NCBI RefSeq assembly: GCF_900199515.1
Contig: NZ_LT963434.1
Coordinates: forward strand, 723,272 to 755,271
DNA: 32,000 nt
Origin: Massilicoli timonensis
GTDB taxonomy: Bacteria; Bacillota_I; Bacilli_A; Erysipelotrichales; Erysipelotrichaceae
Direction of reading: 5' to 3'
Positions 1 to 13,700 of this stretch are shown one piece after another. The position numbers and the translations under genes are program-made. Each line of letters starts with the position of its first letter. Within the stretch, counting starts at the first letter, position 1. Below the pieces are notes generated by a model. It was not told the DNA's origin, made no database searches, and saw nothing but the letters and a program-made list of their open reading frames with translations.

Positions 1-173
1 CTATCTTCTTCGATTGGGACTTGGATGGCAGCGCCGACCATGTGGGCATCGTAGTGGGCACCGACGGCAGCCGGGTTTACACCGTAGAGGGTAATTCCGG
101 CGACGCCTGCAAAATCAAGAGTTATTCCCTGACCTACGAGTGCATCAAGGGCTACGGCTTGATGAACTGGTGA
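1..173 (+). CDS. 3' end of a CHAP/NlpC-P60-type cell-wall hydrolase gene (5' part outside the window)
   Basis: Frame open from the window edge to TGA 171-173. The translation ...FFDWDLDGSADHVGIVVGTDGSRVYTVEGNSGDACKIKSYSLTYECIKGYGLMNW has the HVGIV...EGN pattern of CHAP-type peptidoglycan hydrolases found in Gram-positive conjugation modules. Recognised from memory. Confidence 0.65.
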   Translation, partial: IFFDWDLDGSADHVGIVVGTDGSRVYTVEGNSGDACKIKSYSLTYECIKGYGLMNW

Positions 174-206
174 CAAATTTTTATGAAGAATAGGAGTGAT
201 TTGACT

Positions 207-461
207 ATGGCTAAAAACAAAATCGAGCGCATCGACCAGGAGATCGCCAAAACCCGCGAGAAGATCGCGGAACAGCAGGAAAAGCTGAAAGACCTGGAAG
301 CGCAGAAAACCGAGGCGGAGAACCTGGAGATCGTCCAGATGGTGCGCGCCCTGCGTATGACCCCGGCCCAGCTGTCCGCCATGCTGTCTGGCGGCATGGT
401 GCCCGGCCGGGCGGTGGGTTCTGCCAATCCCGAACAGGAGGAAATGACCCATGAAGAATAA
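207..461 (+). CDS. Small coiled-coil protein, DUF4315-like (conjugative-element family)
   Basis: ATG 207 is preceded by GGAG (tAGGAGTGatttgact). ATG 183 in the track has no RBS. The product [34 protein letters not shown]... is heptad-like and GC3-rich like its neighbours. Confidence 0.65.
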   Translation: MAKNKIERIDQEIAKTREKIAEQQEKLKDLEAQKTEAENLEIVQMVRALRMTPAQLSAMLSGGMVPGRAVGSANPEQEEMTHEE

Positions 462-1233
462 AAAGATTTTCAGAACCTTTGCCGCCCTTTGCACCTGCCT
501 GATGCTGATGGGCGGCTTCTCTGTGACCGCCTTTGCCCAGGGCACTGACCCTGCGCCCACGGCCACACCGGCGGCGGACGCCACCAACGACAGCAACGTG
601 GTGGTGGAGGAAACCGAGGACAGCCCCGCCCTGACCCCGGAGGGCAACGCCGCCCTGGTGGATGACTTTGGCGGCAACAAGCAGCTCATCACCGTCACCA
701 CCAAGGCGGGTAACTATTTTTACATCCTCATTGACCGCGCCAACGAGGACAAGGAGACCGCCGTCCACTTCTTGAACCAGGTGGACGAGGCCGACCTGGA
801 GGCGCTGATGGAGGACGGCGAGACGGCGGAGGAAACGCCCGCCGTCTGCAACTGCACGGAAAAGTGCGCCGCCGGTGCGGTGAATACGGCCTGCCCGGTG
901 TGCGCCGTGAATATGGCAGAGTGTACGGGCCAGGAGCCGGAACCCACCCCTGACCCGGAAACAGAGCCGGAGCCGGAACAGGAACCGGCAGGGCTGAACC
1001 CGGCGATGCTGCTGGTGGTGCTGGCTGTGCTGGGCGGCATCGGTGCGCTGGTCTACTTCAAATTCATCAAGCAGAAGCCCAAGACCAAGGGCAGCGACAA
1101 CCTGGATGATTACGACTACGGCGAGGACGATACCGAACAGGAGGACGAGGACCCTTGGGAGACCGAGGAATCTGACGAGCCGGAGGACGCCGGCGGGGGC
1201 GGCGATGAGGAAAGCGAGAACCCGGCCAAATGA
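451..1233 (+). CDS. Secreted/membrane-anchored mobile-element protein, DUF4366-like
   Basis: AGGAGG lies 9 nt upstream of ATG 451. The N-terminal signal peptide is [30 protein letters not shown] conserved core reads [44 protein letters not shown]-terminal TM helix ([17 protein letters not shown]) is followed by an acidic tail. Confidence 0.75.
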   Translation: MKNKKIFRTFAALCTCLMLMGGFSVTAFAQGTDPAPTATPAADATNDSNVVVEETEDSPALTPEGNAALVDDFGGNKQLITVTTKAGNYFYILIDRANEDKETAVHFLNQVDEADLEALMEDGETAEETPAVCNCTEKCAAGAVNTACPVCAVNMAECTGQEPEPTPDPETEPEPEQEPAGLNPAMLLVVLAVLGGIGALVYFKFIKQKPKTKGSDNLDDYDYGEDDTEQEDEDPWETEESDEPEDAGGGGDEESENPAK

Positions 1234-1430
1234 CCCGGTTCACCGACAGCCCTTATGAACCCATGATGACGCGCAGGCCGGAGGGCGGGAAGGCAGCTTC
1301 CCGTCCTCCCTCTTTATCTCCCGGCCACCCCTGCTATGGCTGCGGAACCTACCGCCCCGGCCAGCCCTGCGTGGGCTTCTGCCACAAAGAACTGACTGCG
1401 TGGCTGCGCGAAAGGAGAAAAGCAAAATGA
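1230..1430 (+). CDS. Small cysteine-rich protein (Cys-rich VLP-like)
   Basis: ATGA overlap with the upstream stop and ATGA overlap with the downstream start, which suggests translational coupling. The motif is [23 protein letters not shown]. Confidence 0.55.
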   Translation: MTRFTDSPYEPMMTRRPEGGKAASRPPSLSPGHPCYGCGTYRPGQPCVGFCHKELTAWLRERRKAK

Positions 1431-2099
1431 ATTATTTTATCCAATTTCTCATTGTGTTCGACCTGATCTGCTTCGGCGTCTACTTTGGCGGCGACATCGT
1501 TTGCACGGCGCTCGCCAAGGTGCGCAAAAAGACAGACGAAGAAGAATTTGAAATCTACAAAGTGGAGGACGATACAGACACCTCCAAACCGGCGCTGTCC
1601 ATCGACGCCATCCGCCACTTGTTCCGCGGCGAGGTCCACGATTTTGTCTGCAACAAACTTCTACCCAGCGGGCAGGAAACCCTTTCCGCTCTGACCGAGC
1701 CGGAGCAGACAGCGGCCCGGTTCCTGTTCCGCGCCTTGATCGGCTATCTCAAAGAGGAAGCCCCGATGGATGAGCAGAGCTTCCCGATGGTGATGGAGAT
1801 GCTGAACTATGCCGAGGGCGCGAAAGAGGACGGCGACAAGGACGTGATCGACATTCTGATGGAGGAAACCGCCGCCCGGACACATCTGCGCGAGGAATAT
1901 TTCAGCGATTACCGCCGTTACCAGCTCATGCAGGTGGATAAGACGCGGGTGCTGCTGGCCTGCCGTGTCATCATCAACGACCTGCTGGGAAAGCTGTACC
2001 GCTATGATTACAACGTCGGTTATGACTGCCTTCTGGACGATGGCAACAGCGTTTCCAGAAAACTGAAAAAATCCAACGAAGAAATGGAGGTAGAGGAAG

Positions 2100-2119
<20 letters not shown>
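1427..2119 (+). CDS. Membrane-anchored hypothetical protein
   Basis: AAAGGAGA lies 8 nt upstream of ATG 1427; the track's earlier start at 1400 lacks an RBS. N-terminal TM helix [24 protein letters not shown]3-rich. The stop region overlaps the topB start. Confidence 0.65.
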
Positions 2120-4195
<2,076 letters not shown>

Positions 4196-4199
<4 letters not shown>

Positions 4200-4477
4200 A
4201 ACTGAGTTTGTATGAACAGGAAACGATTATCCTCTACAACCAGGCCGAGGCCACCGCCGAGGTCTATTCCCACGACCCGCGCCTGCTGGAAAAGCTGCGG
4301 CGGCTGGCGGAAAAATACCCGGACCAGATCGTGAAAAAGGACCGTCAGACCTTTACGGTGCCCAAACGCTGCGTATCGGTGCGGGAGCCGTACAGCGCCG
4401 AGCGCCGCAAGGCCGCCAGCGAACGGGCCAAGGCCGCCGGGTACAAACCACCCGTCCCGAAAGCGGGCGGCAAGTAA
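4196..4477 (+). CDS. Hypothetical protein (93 aa), translationally coupled to topB
   Basis: ATGA overlap with the topB stop. Codon bias matches the backbone. No domain recognised. Confidence 0.6.
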
Positions 4478-4479
4478 GC

Positions 4480-7443
4480 ATGGGCGAGAGCGTCTTTGAA
4501 GTCGTAAAACAGTCCGTCACCGCCAGAGAGGCGGCGGAGCTTTACGGCATCGCAGTGGGGCGCGGCGGTATGGCCTGCTGCCCCTTCCACGATGACCGCC
4601 ACCCCAGCATGAAGGTGGACACCCGTTTCCACTGTTTTGGCTGCGGCGCAGACGGCGATGTGATCGACTTCACCGCCCGGCTCTATGACCTGTCCCCCAA
4701 GGGGGCCGCTGAAAAGCTGGCCCAGGATTTTGGCCTTTCTTATGACAGCAAGGCCCCGATCCGGCGAAACCATGTCCGGCAGAAATCCGAGGCGCAGGCA
4801 AGGAAAGAAAATCGGGAACACGCCTGGCGCGTTCTGGCGGATTACTACCACCTGCTCCGAAAATGGGAGACCGACTATTCCCCCAGGACGCCGGACGAGG
4901 ACCCGCACCCGCGCTTTTTGGAGGCTGTTCAGAAAAAAGAGTACATAGGCTATCTGCTGGACACTTTTCTCGACAGCAGTACCGAGGAACAGGACCAGTG
5001 GATCGCAGAACACACCACTGAACTTTCGGCCATAGAAAGGAGAGTGAAAATCATGGCTGACAAACCCACCAACCGGGAACGGCTGCAACAGATCACGGCA
5101 GGCATCGAGCAGGGCATTAAAGAGCTGTTCGAGAGCGAAAAGTATATGCGCTACCTGTCCGTGATGTCCCGGTTCCACCGCTACTCTGTCAACAACACCA
5201 TGCTCATCTATATGCAGAAGCCGGACGCCACGCTGGTGGCCGGGTACAACAAGTGGAAAAATCAGTTTGAGCGCCATGTGAAGCGCGGTGAACACGGAAT
5301 CACCATCATTGCCCCGACACCATATAAGAAGAAAATCGAGGAACAGAAGCTGGACCCGGACACCAAGGCACCTATGCTGGATCAGGATGGCAAGGTCATC
5401 ATGGAGGAACGGGAAGTTGAGATTCCCATGTTCCGCCCGGTCAAGGTGTTCGATGTGAGCCAGACGGACGGCAAGCCCCTGCCGGAGCTGGCGTCCACCC
5501 TTTCCGGGAACGTCCAGAACTATGAGGCTTTCATGGAGGCCCTGCGCCGGTCCGCGCCGGTGCCGCTCTCTGTGGAGCCGATGGCTGCCAACATGGACGG
5601 ATATTTCTCGCCGGACCGGCAGCGCATCGCCATCCGGGAGGGCATGAGCGAGGTACAGACCGTTTCCGCCGCCGTCCATGAGATCGCCCACAGCAAGCTG
5701 CACGACCCCAAAAAGTATGAGGCGGAGCCGACCTGGAAAATCGTGATGGTGAGTGGGGGCGGTGTCAAGCACGATTATCGCCTGGACTTCGCCACCGAAG
5801 CAGAGGCGGAACAGGCCGCCGCCGAGGATGACTGGCGCTATGTGGACGAAAATCAGTTTGAGTGGCGGCTGGAGGTGGAGAAAGATCTGACGGCGGTGAA
5901 ACAGGCTGTCAAGAACCGCAACACCGAGGAGGTGGAGGCCGAGAGCATTTCCTACGCCGTCTGCCAGTATTACGGCATCCAGACTGCCGACAACAGCTTT
6001 GGCTATATCGCCACCTGGAGCCAGGACAAGACGCTGCCGGAGCTGCGGGCCAGTCTGGAGACCATCAACAAGGCGGCCGGTGAGCTGATTTCTGATATTG
6101 ACCGGCATTATAAGGTTATCTGCAAGGAGCGCGGCATTGACCTGACCGCCCAGCCGGAACAGGCTGAACCCCGGCAGCCCGCAGAAGAAACACCCGACGC
6201 ACCTACTCCCAGCGCCGAAGCCCAGGAGGCCCTGTTGCTGGTTGATGATGCCACCTATCTTCATGTTCAGTCCTGCAACACCGGCTGGGACTACACACTC
6301 TACGATGCCGCCACCAGGAAGCAGTTGGACGGCGGCCAGCTGGACGCCCCGGAGCTTCCTCTGTCCACCGCCGCTCTGAAAATCTGTGAGATGTACGACT
6401 TGGGTGGCCAGAACATTCAGTATGCGCCACTGAACATGATCGAAACTTTGCAGGAGGCGGCTGTCCAGCAGATGCAGACAGCGGCCCAAGCCACCACGCC
6501 GGAAACTACCATGCTGCCGGACGCCCCGGAACAGCACCTGGACGAATACCCTATGCCCGACCCCTCGCTGACCCAGGACGATCTGGAGAAATGCGGCTAT
6601 CTGGACGGGGACCTTCTGCCCCTCTCTAAAGAACGCGCCTATGAGCTGATGGCGCAGGACCTGACCGTTTACATGGTTCAGCAGGGCGAGAATCCGGCGA
6701 TGGCTTTTGATACCACTGACCTGGACGCCCATGACGGGATCTTCGCCGTCACCCGCGAGGAATGGGAGGAAAGCCCGGCTTTCGATGCCCAGGTTAAGGA
6801 GCGTATGGATCACCAGCAGGAACGGGAACAGGCGTTCCTCGGCCACAAGGGCGACTGCTTTGCCATCTACCAGGTGAAGCACACCGATGAGCTGCGGGAC
6901 ATCCGCTATGAGGGGCTGGAATGGATCAAGTCCATCGGACGCACGGTGCAGCGGGACAATTATGATCTGGTCTACACCGCGCCGCTGGCCCCCGGCGACC
7001 TGAAAGGCAGCGTGCTGGACAATCTCGAATACCGCTTCAATAACGAACACCCCGCCGACTACCGCCACCCGTCTATGAGTGTCAGCGACATTGTTGCCAT
7101 CAAGCGGGACGGCAAGGTATCCTGTCACTACTGCGACAGCTTCGGCTTTGCCGAGGTGCCAGGTTTCCTGCCGGACAATCCGCTGAAAAATGCGGAGATG
7201 GCCGTGGAAGATGATTACGGCATGATCGACGGGATTCTCAACAACGGTTCCAAGGAACCGACGGTGGCCCAGCTGGAACAGCAGGCCCGCAGCGGCCAGC
7301 CTATTTCGCTGATGGACCTGGCTGCCGCCGCTCACCGGGAGGACCGGGATAAGAAGAAGTCCGTTGTGGAGCAGCTGAAAAGCCAGCCCAAACCCGAACA
7401 CAAAAAATCAGCGCCCAAAAAGAGCGCGGAAAGGGAGCTTTGA
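4480..7443 (+). CDS. Polyvalent protein: CHC2 zinc finger + ArdC-like ssDNA-binding/metalloprotease + YodL-like + DUF4316-like modules
   Basis: Primase-type CHC2 finger CCPFHDDRHPSMKVDTRFHCFGCGADGDVIDF. ArdC-N module YSVNNTMLIYMQKPDATLVAGYNKWKNQFERHVKRGEHGITIIAP. HExxH motif HEIAHSKLH. YodL-like CFAIYQVKHTDELRDIRYEGLEW. C-terminal EDDYGMIDGILNNG. Confidence 0.85.
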   Translation: MGESVFEVVKQSVTAREAAELYGIAVGRGGMACCPFHDDRHPSMKVDTRFHCFGCGADGDVIDFTARLYDLSPKGAAEKLAQDFGLSYDSKAPIRRNHVRQKSEAQARKENREHAWRVLADYYHLLRKWETDYSPRTPDEDPHPRFLEAVQKKEYIGYLLDTFLDSSTEEQDQWIAEHTTELSAIERRVKIMADKPTNRERLQQITAGIEQGIKELFESEKYMRYLSVMSRFHRYSVNNTMLIYMQKPDATLVAGYNKWKNQFERHVKRGEHGITIIAPTPYKKKIEEQKLDPDTKAPMLDQDGKVIMEEREVEIPMFRPVKVFDVSQTDGKPLPELASTLSGNVQNYEAFMEALRRSAPVPLSVEPMAANMDGYFSPDRQRIAIREGMSEVQTVSAAVHEIAHSKLHDPKKYEAEPTWKIVMVSGGGVKHDYRLDFATEAEAEQAAAEDDWRYVDENQFEWRLEVEKDLTAVKQAVKNRNTEEVEAESISYAVCQYYGIQTADNSFGYIATWSQDKTLPELRASLETINKAAGELISDIDRHYKVICKERGIDLTAQPEQAEPRQPAEETPDAPTPSAEAQEALLLVDDATYLHVQSCNTGWDYTLYDAATRKQLDGGQLDAPELPLSTAALKICEMYDLGGQNIQYAPLNMIETLQEAAVQQMQTAAQATTPETTMLPDAPEQHLDEYPMPDPSLTQDDLEKCGYLDGDLLPLSKERAYELMAQDLTVYMVQQGENPAMAFDTTDLDAHDGIFAVTREEWEESPAFDAQVKERMDHQQEREQAFLGHKGDCFAIYQVKHTDELRDIRYEGLEWIKSIGRTVQRDNYDLVYTAPLAPGDLKGSVLDNLEYRFNNEHPADYRHPSMSVSDIVAIKRDGKVSCHYCDSFGFAEVPGFLPDNPLKNAEMAVEDDYGMIDGILNNGSKEPTVAQLEQQARSGQPISLMDLAAAAHREDRDKKKSVVEQLKSQPKPEHKKSAPKKSAEREL

Positions 7444-7444
7444 T

Positions 7445-7660
7445 ATGAACGCTTTGACTTTTGAGGAAACCAACCTGCTGTGTATCTACAACCCCGGCAC
7501 CCGCCAGGGGGCCATCGAGGCCCTGACCGAGATGCGCGGCGAACTTTCGCCGGACGAGACCGAGCTGCTGGCTCTGACTGACAGTACCCTCGCCAAGCTG
7601 CGCGCCATGACTGACGCCGAGTTTGATGAGCTGGAGCTGTACCCGGATTTTGACGAGTAA
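7445..7660 (+). CDS. Transposon-transfer-assisting-type small protein (71 aa)
   Basis: The start lies 1 nt after the upstream stop. MNALTFEETNLLCIYNPGTRQGAIEALTEMRGELSPDETELLALTDSTLAKLRAMTDAEFDELELYPDF matches my memory of this small family from Clostridia transposons. Confidence 0.65.
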   Translation: MNALTFEETNLLCIYNPGTRQGAIEALTEMRGELSPDETELLALTDSTLAKLRAMTDAEFDELELYPDFDE

Positions 7661-7679
7661 CCCCCTGTTTTAACCAGCC

Positions 7680-7709
7680 GGGGCGGCCGCCGTGCCGCCC
7701 CATTTTCAT
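7680..7709 (+). terminator. GC hairpin with a short T-tract between the 71-aa gene and the giant gene (terminator or attenuator)
   Basis: GGGGCGGC (7680-7687) / cgccgt / GCCGCCCC (7694-7701) followed by ATTTTCAT. Confidence 0.45.
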
Positions 7710-7736
7710 ATCCGAAGGAAGGGAGGATAGAACCCC

Positions 7737-10700
7737 ATGCCAACCAAAGCAGAACAATATGCGCAGATGGCCGATCAGGTGGCGCGGCAGCTCACCGGCA
7801 GCTGGCAGGAGTGGGCGGGCTTTCTCACCAACGCCGCCCGCCTCTACAAATATCCGTTCCATGAGCAGCTGATGATCTACGCCCAGCGCCCGGACGCCAC
7901 CGCCTGCGCCGAATACGACCTGTGGAACAACCGCATGGGCCGGTATGTGCGGCGCGGGTCCAAGGGCATCGCCCTGGTGGATGATTCCGGGGACCGGCCC
8001 CGGCTGCGGTATGTATTTGATATTTCCGACACCGGCACCCGCGAACATTCCCGCACCCCCTGGCTGTGGACGCTGAACGAGGAACACACCGCGCCGGTCA
8101 TGGCGATGCTGGAGCGAAACTATGATGTGAGCGGCGGCGACCTGGCCCAGCAGTTGGCCGATGTGGCCGCCAAACTGGCGGAGGAATACTGGGCTGACCA
8201 CCGGCGGGATATTCTCCCTATCGTTGACGGTTCCTTTTTGGAGGAGTACGATGAGTACAACATCGAAGTCCAGTTCAAATCCGCCGCCACGGTCAGCATC
8301 ACCTACGCCCTGATGTCCCGCTGCGGGCTGGAGCCGGAGCAATATTTCAGCCATGAGGACTTCATGCCGATTTTCGACTTCAACACCCCCGCTGTGATCG
8401 GGGCGCTGGGAACAGCCGTCAGCCAGGCAAACCAGCAGGTGCTGCGGCAAATCGGCGTCACCATCCAGAACTATGAGCGCGCCAAGAGCGCGGAAAGGAG
8501 TGCCACACATGGAGAACAATCTGACTTACATTCAGAACGGGGACTACCTGATTCCCGACCTGAGCCTGAGCGAGCAGCCGGAGAAGCCCCTGGGCAAGTA
8601 CGGCAGGATGCGCAAAGCGTACCTGAAGCAGCACCGGCCCATTCTGTACAACCAGCTGCTGATGACCGAGAAGCTGTACCCGCACCTGCGGGAGATCGAC
8701 GAGACGGCGAACCAGCGGTTGGAGCAGATGATGCCCCAACTAGCCGAGACGGCGGGCGCGACGGAGGCGCTGAAAGCCGCCGACCCGATGCAGTGGGTGG
8801 GCCTGATGAACACCTGCAAAGCCCAGGCGGAGGAGATTCTGCTGGCGGAACTTATCAACAGCTGACCTTAAACCTGTTCCTCACCGAAGCGGAACAGATT
8901 CAACAGATCGACGAAGCAGAGAGTGTGAAAACGCCCTCTGCTTTTTCTTTTGCCCAGGAACAGCCGCAGCCAGAAGCTGCCGACCATGAGCCGGAGGCGG
9001 CAAGGCTCACTCTCCGGGAGCTGCATGAGCGATACAAACCCATTGTGTTGGAGGCCGTTACCAAAGACACCAGATACCAGAACACCTGCGGTCACAGTGA
9101 TTATAAAAGCGCCGTGATCGAAGGAAGATCGGCTATCCAGCGCGCTGTTTTAGCGTCTGGCAATAAGGAGCTGCTTCACCTCTATTCCTACACCCCGGAG
9201 TTCCGGCAGCGCCTTCATCGTGAAGTCATCGCTGAGACTTATCCCAAGCTCCATGAGCTGCTGCGCCCACTTTCGGACAATGACATTGACCGAGCTATCC
9301 AGGACTGGAACGGCAAGATCGAAAGCAAGCACGCCGTTGTCCGCTACATGAAAGACCATACGCGGGAAAAAGATACCGCCGCATGGCTGGCCCATGAGTT
9401 TGACGGCGGCGACGGCAAAACCCCGTTTGCAGTACGCCCGGAAAGCCCCAATGGAACGATGCTGCCCTGGCCCAAGGTGCAGCGCCGGATCGCCCAGCTT
9501 ATCAAGGAAGATCGGTTCTATACCCAAGAAGAACAGGACCGTTTTGACAACATCGACCCCATCGCCATCCGGGAAGCCCTGGCCGAGCGCGGCATCGTGA
9601 ACGGCCAGGTGGTAGCCCCGGAAAAACTGGACAACGACCCGTTTATCCAACAGGTGATGCAGGATGTGGAGGCTGTTTCAGCCGAGGAACAGGCCGAGGC
9701 GGAGCCTCCTGCGCCGGACTTATCCGGCCAGCCCGTCACCCGCGAGGGAGACACCCTCACCATCGGCGGCGGCGAACCTACCCATGAGATGGATATTACC
9801 GTATCGGATGAGGAATATGAAGCCATCCGGCAGGCCATCCCGGAAACAGAGGCCCCCACCGCCTCTGACCCTGCAACACCCCCTTACCATGTGGGTGATA
9901 CCGTTTATCTGGAAAATCAGGAATACCAGATCACCGAGCTACGGGAGGACACGGTGCAGCTGCTGCCCTCTGGCATGAGCTACCCCATCTTCCGGGCCGA
10001 GAGCCAGGAGCGGTTCGAGACGCTGCTGCGTGCGGACACCCGCAACGAAGCCATCAACGAATTTTTGCCTGTAAACCCCGACACGGCGGACCAGGACCTG
10101 CGGGACGTGCTGGCCCACAGCCTGATCGGCGCGCCGGACAAGGCGGAGCTGTCCGAGCTGCTGCACACCGGCAAGCCCAACCGCGAGATTGCCCAGTGGC
10201 TGGGCCGGGCCTTCCCCGGCATCGTGGAGACGATGGAGCTGGAGACCGGCGACACCGCCGACTACCGCACCACGTCCGAAGGCATCGAGCTTGAAGTGCT
10301 GGATGCTGACGAAAAGCGGCTGGCCATGCTGTATTTTCGCTGGGATGAGGTCGCGCCGCTGCTGCGCGGGCTGTATGCCCGCCAGCTGGACGGCTTTGGG
10401 CAGGAGCAGGCCGAACCGTACATGGAAGCCCCTGCTGCCGTGGAAGAACCTGCCGAAGCTGCCAAGCCCGTCGAGGAACCCGCCGCCGAGGCCCCGGCGT
10501 TCCATTCCGAACCGGTGACCGTCTATCCTGGCGAACAGAACCATTTGCCCTATGACGTAGTGGTGGAACGGCTGCACGTTGACCAGCCGGAAGCCACGCC
10601 GCCCGAACCGCGTCCGCCTGAGAATTTCCGCATTCTGGACGATGACCTGGGGAAAGGCGGGCCAAAGGAAAAATTCTGGTGCAATATCAAAGCAATCGCC

Positions 10701-13700
10701 ACACTGAAGCAGATCGAGCAGGAAAATCGCTATGCCACCCCAGAAGAACAGCATATTCTCTCGCAATATGTAGGCTGGGGCGGGCTGGCGGATGCCTTCG
10801 ACCCGGACAAACCCGCGTGGGCCGCTGAGTATGCGGAGCTGAAGGAACTGCTGACCCCGGAGGAATATGAAGCGGCCAGGGCCTCCACCCTCAACGCCCA
10901 CTACACCAGCCCCACTGTGATCCGCGCCATCTACGACGCGGTAGAACAGATGGGCTTCCGCACCGGCAACATTCTGGAACCGTCCTGCGGTGTGGGCAAT
11001 TTCTTCGGGATGCTGCCGGAGAGCATGGCCGGCAGCCGTCTGTACGGCGTGGAACTGGATTCCATCAGCGGGCGGATTGCCCAGCAGCTCTACCCCAAGG
11101 CTAACATCACCGTGGCGGGCTTTGAGACCACCGACCGGCGGGACTTCTATGACCTTGCCATCGGTAACGTCCCTTTCGGCCAGTACCAGGTGAACGACAA
11201 AGCCTACAACAAGCTGGGCTTCAACATCCACAACTACTTTTTTGCCAAGGCGCTGGACCAGGTGCGCCCCGGCGGCGTGGTGGCCTTTGTCACCAGCCGC
11301 TACACAATGGACGCCAAGGATTCCACCGTGCGCCGGTATCTGGCCCAGCGGGCCGAGCTGCTGGGGGCGATCCGCCTGCCCAACAACGCTTTCCGCGCCA
11401 ATGCCGGGACCGATGTGGTGTCCGACATCCTGTTTCTGCAAAAGCGGGACCGCCCGCTGGACATCGCCCCGGACTGGACCCAAACCGGCCGGACCGAGGA
11501 AGGCTTCACGGTCAACCAGTATTTTCTGGATCACCCGGAGATGGTGCTGGGGCGGCCCACCGCCGAAAGCACCCAATACGGCAAACAGGATTACACCGTG
11601 GCCCCCATCGAGGGGCTGGAGCTGGCCGATCAGCTGCACGATGCCGTGAAGTACATTCGCGGCACCTACCAGGAGGCCGCGCTGCCGGAGCTGGGCGAGG
11701 GCGAGGACATCGACGAATCCCTCCCGGCTGATCCCAATGTGAAGAACTACTCCTACACGGTGGTGGACGGCGCGGTGTACTTCCGGGAAAACAGCCGCAT
11801 GGTGCGCCCCGACCTGAACGCCACCGCCGAGGCCCGCGTCAAAGGGCTGGTGGGGCTGCGGGATTGTGTGCAGCGGCTCATCGACCTGGAGATGGACGCC
11901 GCCGCGCCGGATGCCGACATCCGGGAACAGATGGCCGAGCTGAACCGGCTCTATGATGCCTTTTCTGCCAAGTACGGCCTTATCAATGACCGGGCAAACC
12001 GGCTGGCCTTTTCCGATGACAGCAGCTATTACCTGCTCTGCGCCCTGGAGGTGCTGGACGAGGACGGCAGGCTGGAACGCAAGGCAGATATGTTCACCAA
12101 GCGCACTATCAAACCCCATGAGGCCGTCACCACCGTGGACACGGCCAGCGAGGCGCTGGCGGTCTCCATCTCGGAGAAAGCCTGCGTGGACATGGCCTAC
12201 ATGGAACAGCTTACCGGCAAAACCGGCGAAGAACTGGCGGACGAGCTGCGCGGTGTCATCTTCCGTGTGCCCGGCCAGACTGAGCCGGACGGGACGCCCC
12301 ATTATGTGACCGCCGATGAATACCTGTCCGGCAACGTGCGCCGGAAGCTGCGCCAGGCCCAGCGTGCGGCGGAGCAAGACCCGGCCTTTACGGTCAACGT
12401 GGAGGCCCTCACTGCCGCCCAGCCCAAGGACCTGGACGCTTCCGAGATCGAGGTGCGGCTGGGGGCAACGTGGATCGACAAGGAGTACATCCAGCAATTC
12501 ATGTACGAGACCTTCGACACGCCTTTTTACCTCCAGCGCAGCATTGAAGTCCACTACACCCCCTTTACGGCGGAGTGGCAGATCTCCGGCAAAAATGTCG
12601 TGGGGCAAAACAATGTGGCCGCCTACTCGACCTATGGGACCGGCCGCGCAAACGCCTATAAAATCCTTGAAGATTCCCTCAATCTGCGGGACGTGCGTAT
12701 CTACGACACCGTGGAGGACGCAGACGGCAAGGAGCGCCGGGTGCTGAACGCCAAGGAAACCACCCTGGCTGCCCAAAAACAACAGGCCATCCGGGACGCT
12801 TTCCGCGACTGGATTTGGCGTGACCCGGAGCGTCGGCAGGCGCTGGTACGCCAGTACAACGAGGAAATGAACGCCACCCGGCCCCGCGAATATGACGGCA
12901 GCCACATTGTTTTTGGCGGCATGAACCCGGCCATCACCCTGCGGGAACACCAGAAAAACGCCATCGCCCATGTGCTGTACGGCGGCAATACCTTGCTGGC
13001 CCACGAGGTCGGCGCAGGCAAGACCTTTGAAATGGTGGGGGCCGCGATGGAGGCCAAGCGGCTGGGTCTGTGCCAGAAATCCCTCTTTGTGGTGCCCAAC
13101 CACCTGACCGAGCAGTGGGCTTCGGAGTTCCTGCGTCTGTACCCGTCCGCCAACATTCTTGTTACGACCAAAAAGGACTTTGAGAAACACAACCGCAAGA
13201 AGTTCTGCGCCCGCATCGCCACCGGCGACTATGACGCCATCATCATGGGTCACTCCCAGTTCGAGAAAATCCCCATCAGCAAGGAACGCCAGGAGCGACT
13301 GCTGCACGAGCAGATTTGGGAAATCACCGAGGGCATCGCCGAGGTGGAGGCCAGCGGCGGGGAACGGTTCACTGTCAAGCAGCTGGAACGCACGAAAAAG
13401 TCTCTGGAGGCGCGGCTGGAAAAGCTGCAAGCGGAGGGCCGCAAGGACGATGTGGTGACGTTTGAACAGCTGGGCGTGGACCGGCTCTTTGTGGACGAGG
13501 CGCACAATTATAAAAACCTGTTCCTCTATACAAAAATGCGGAATGTGGCGGGCCTTTCCACTACGGACGCGCAGAAATCCAGCGATATGTTTGCCAAGTG
13601 CCGGTACATGGATGAAATCACAGGCGGGCGCGGTGTAGTTTTTGCCACCGGCACGCCGGTTTCCAACTCCATGACCGAGCTTTACACCATGCAGCGGTAT

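Noticed and set aside
4345-7401. 1018-aa minus-strand ORF antisense to the CHC2/ArdC/YodL gene
   Set aside because: Same shadow-ORF effect. No RBS, low-complexity translation, and the sense strand has recognisable domains.
8473-8508. N-terminal extension MSAPRARKGVPH of the TnpV ORF given in the track
   Set aside because: The track's start codon has no RBS, whereas ATG 8509 has GAAAGGAG at 8 nt. The extension does not look like part of the family N-terminus.
8440-8520. Programmed ribosomal frameshift joining the ArdC-N module to TnpV
   Set aside because: I found no X-XXY-YYZ slippery heptamer or downstream stimulatory structure near the frame junction. Internal initiation from the SD/ATG is the simpler reading.
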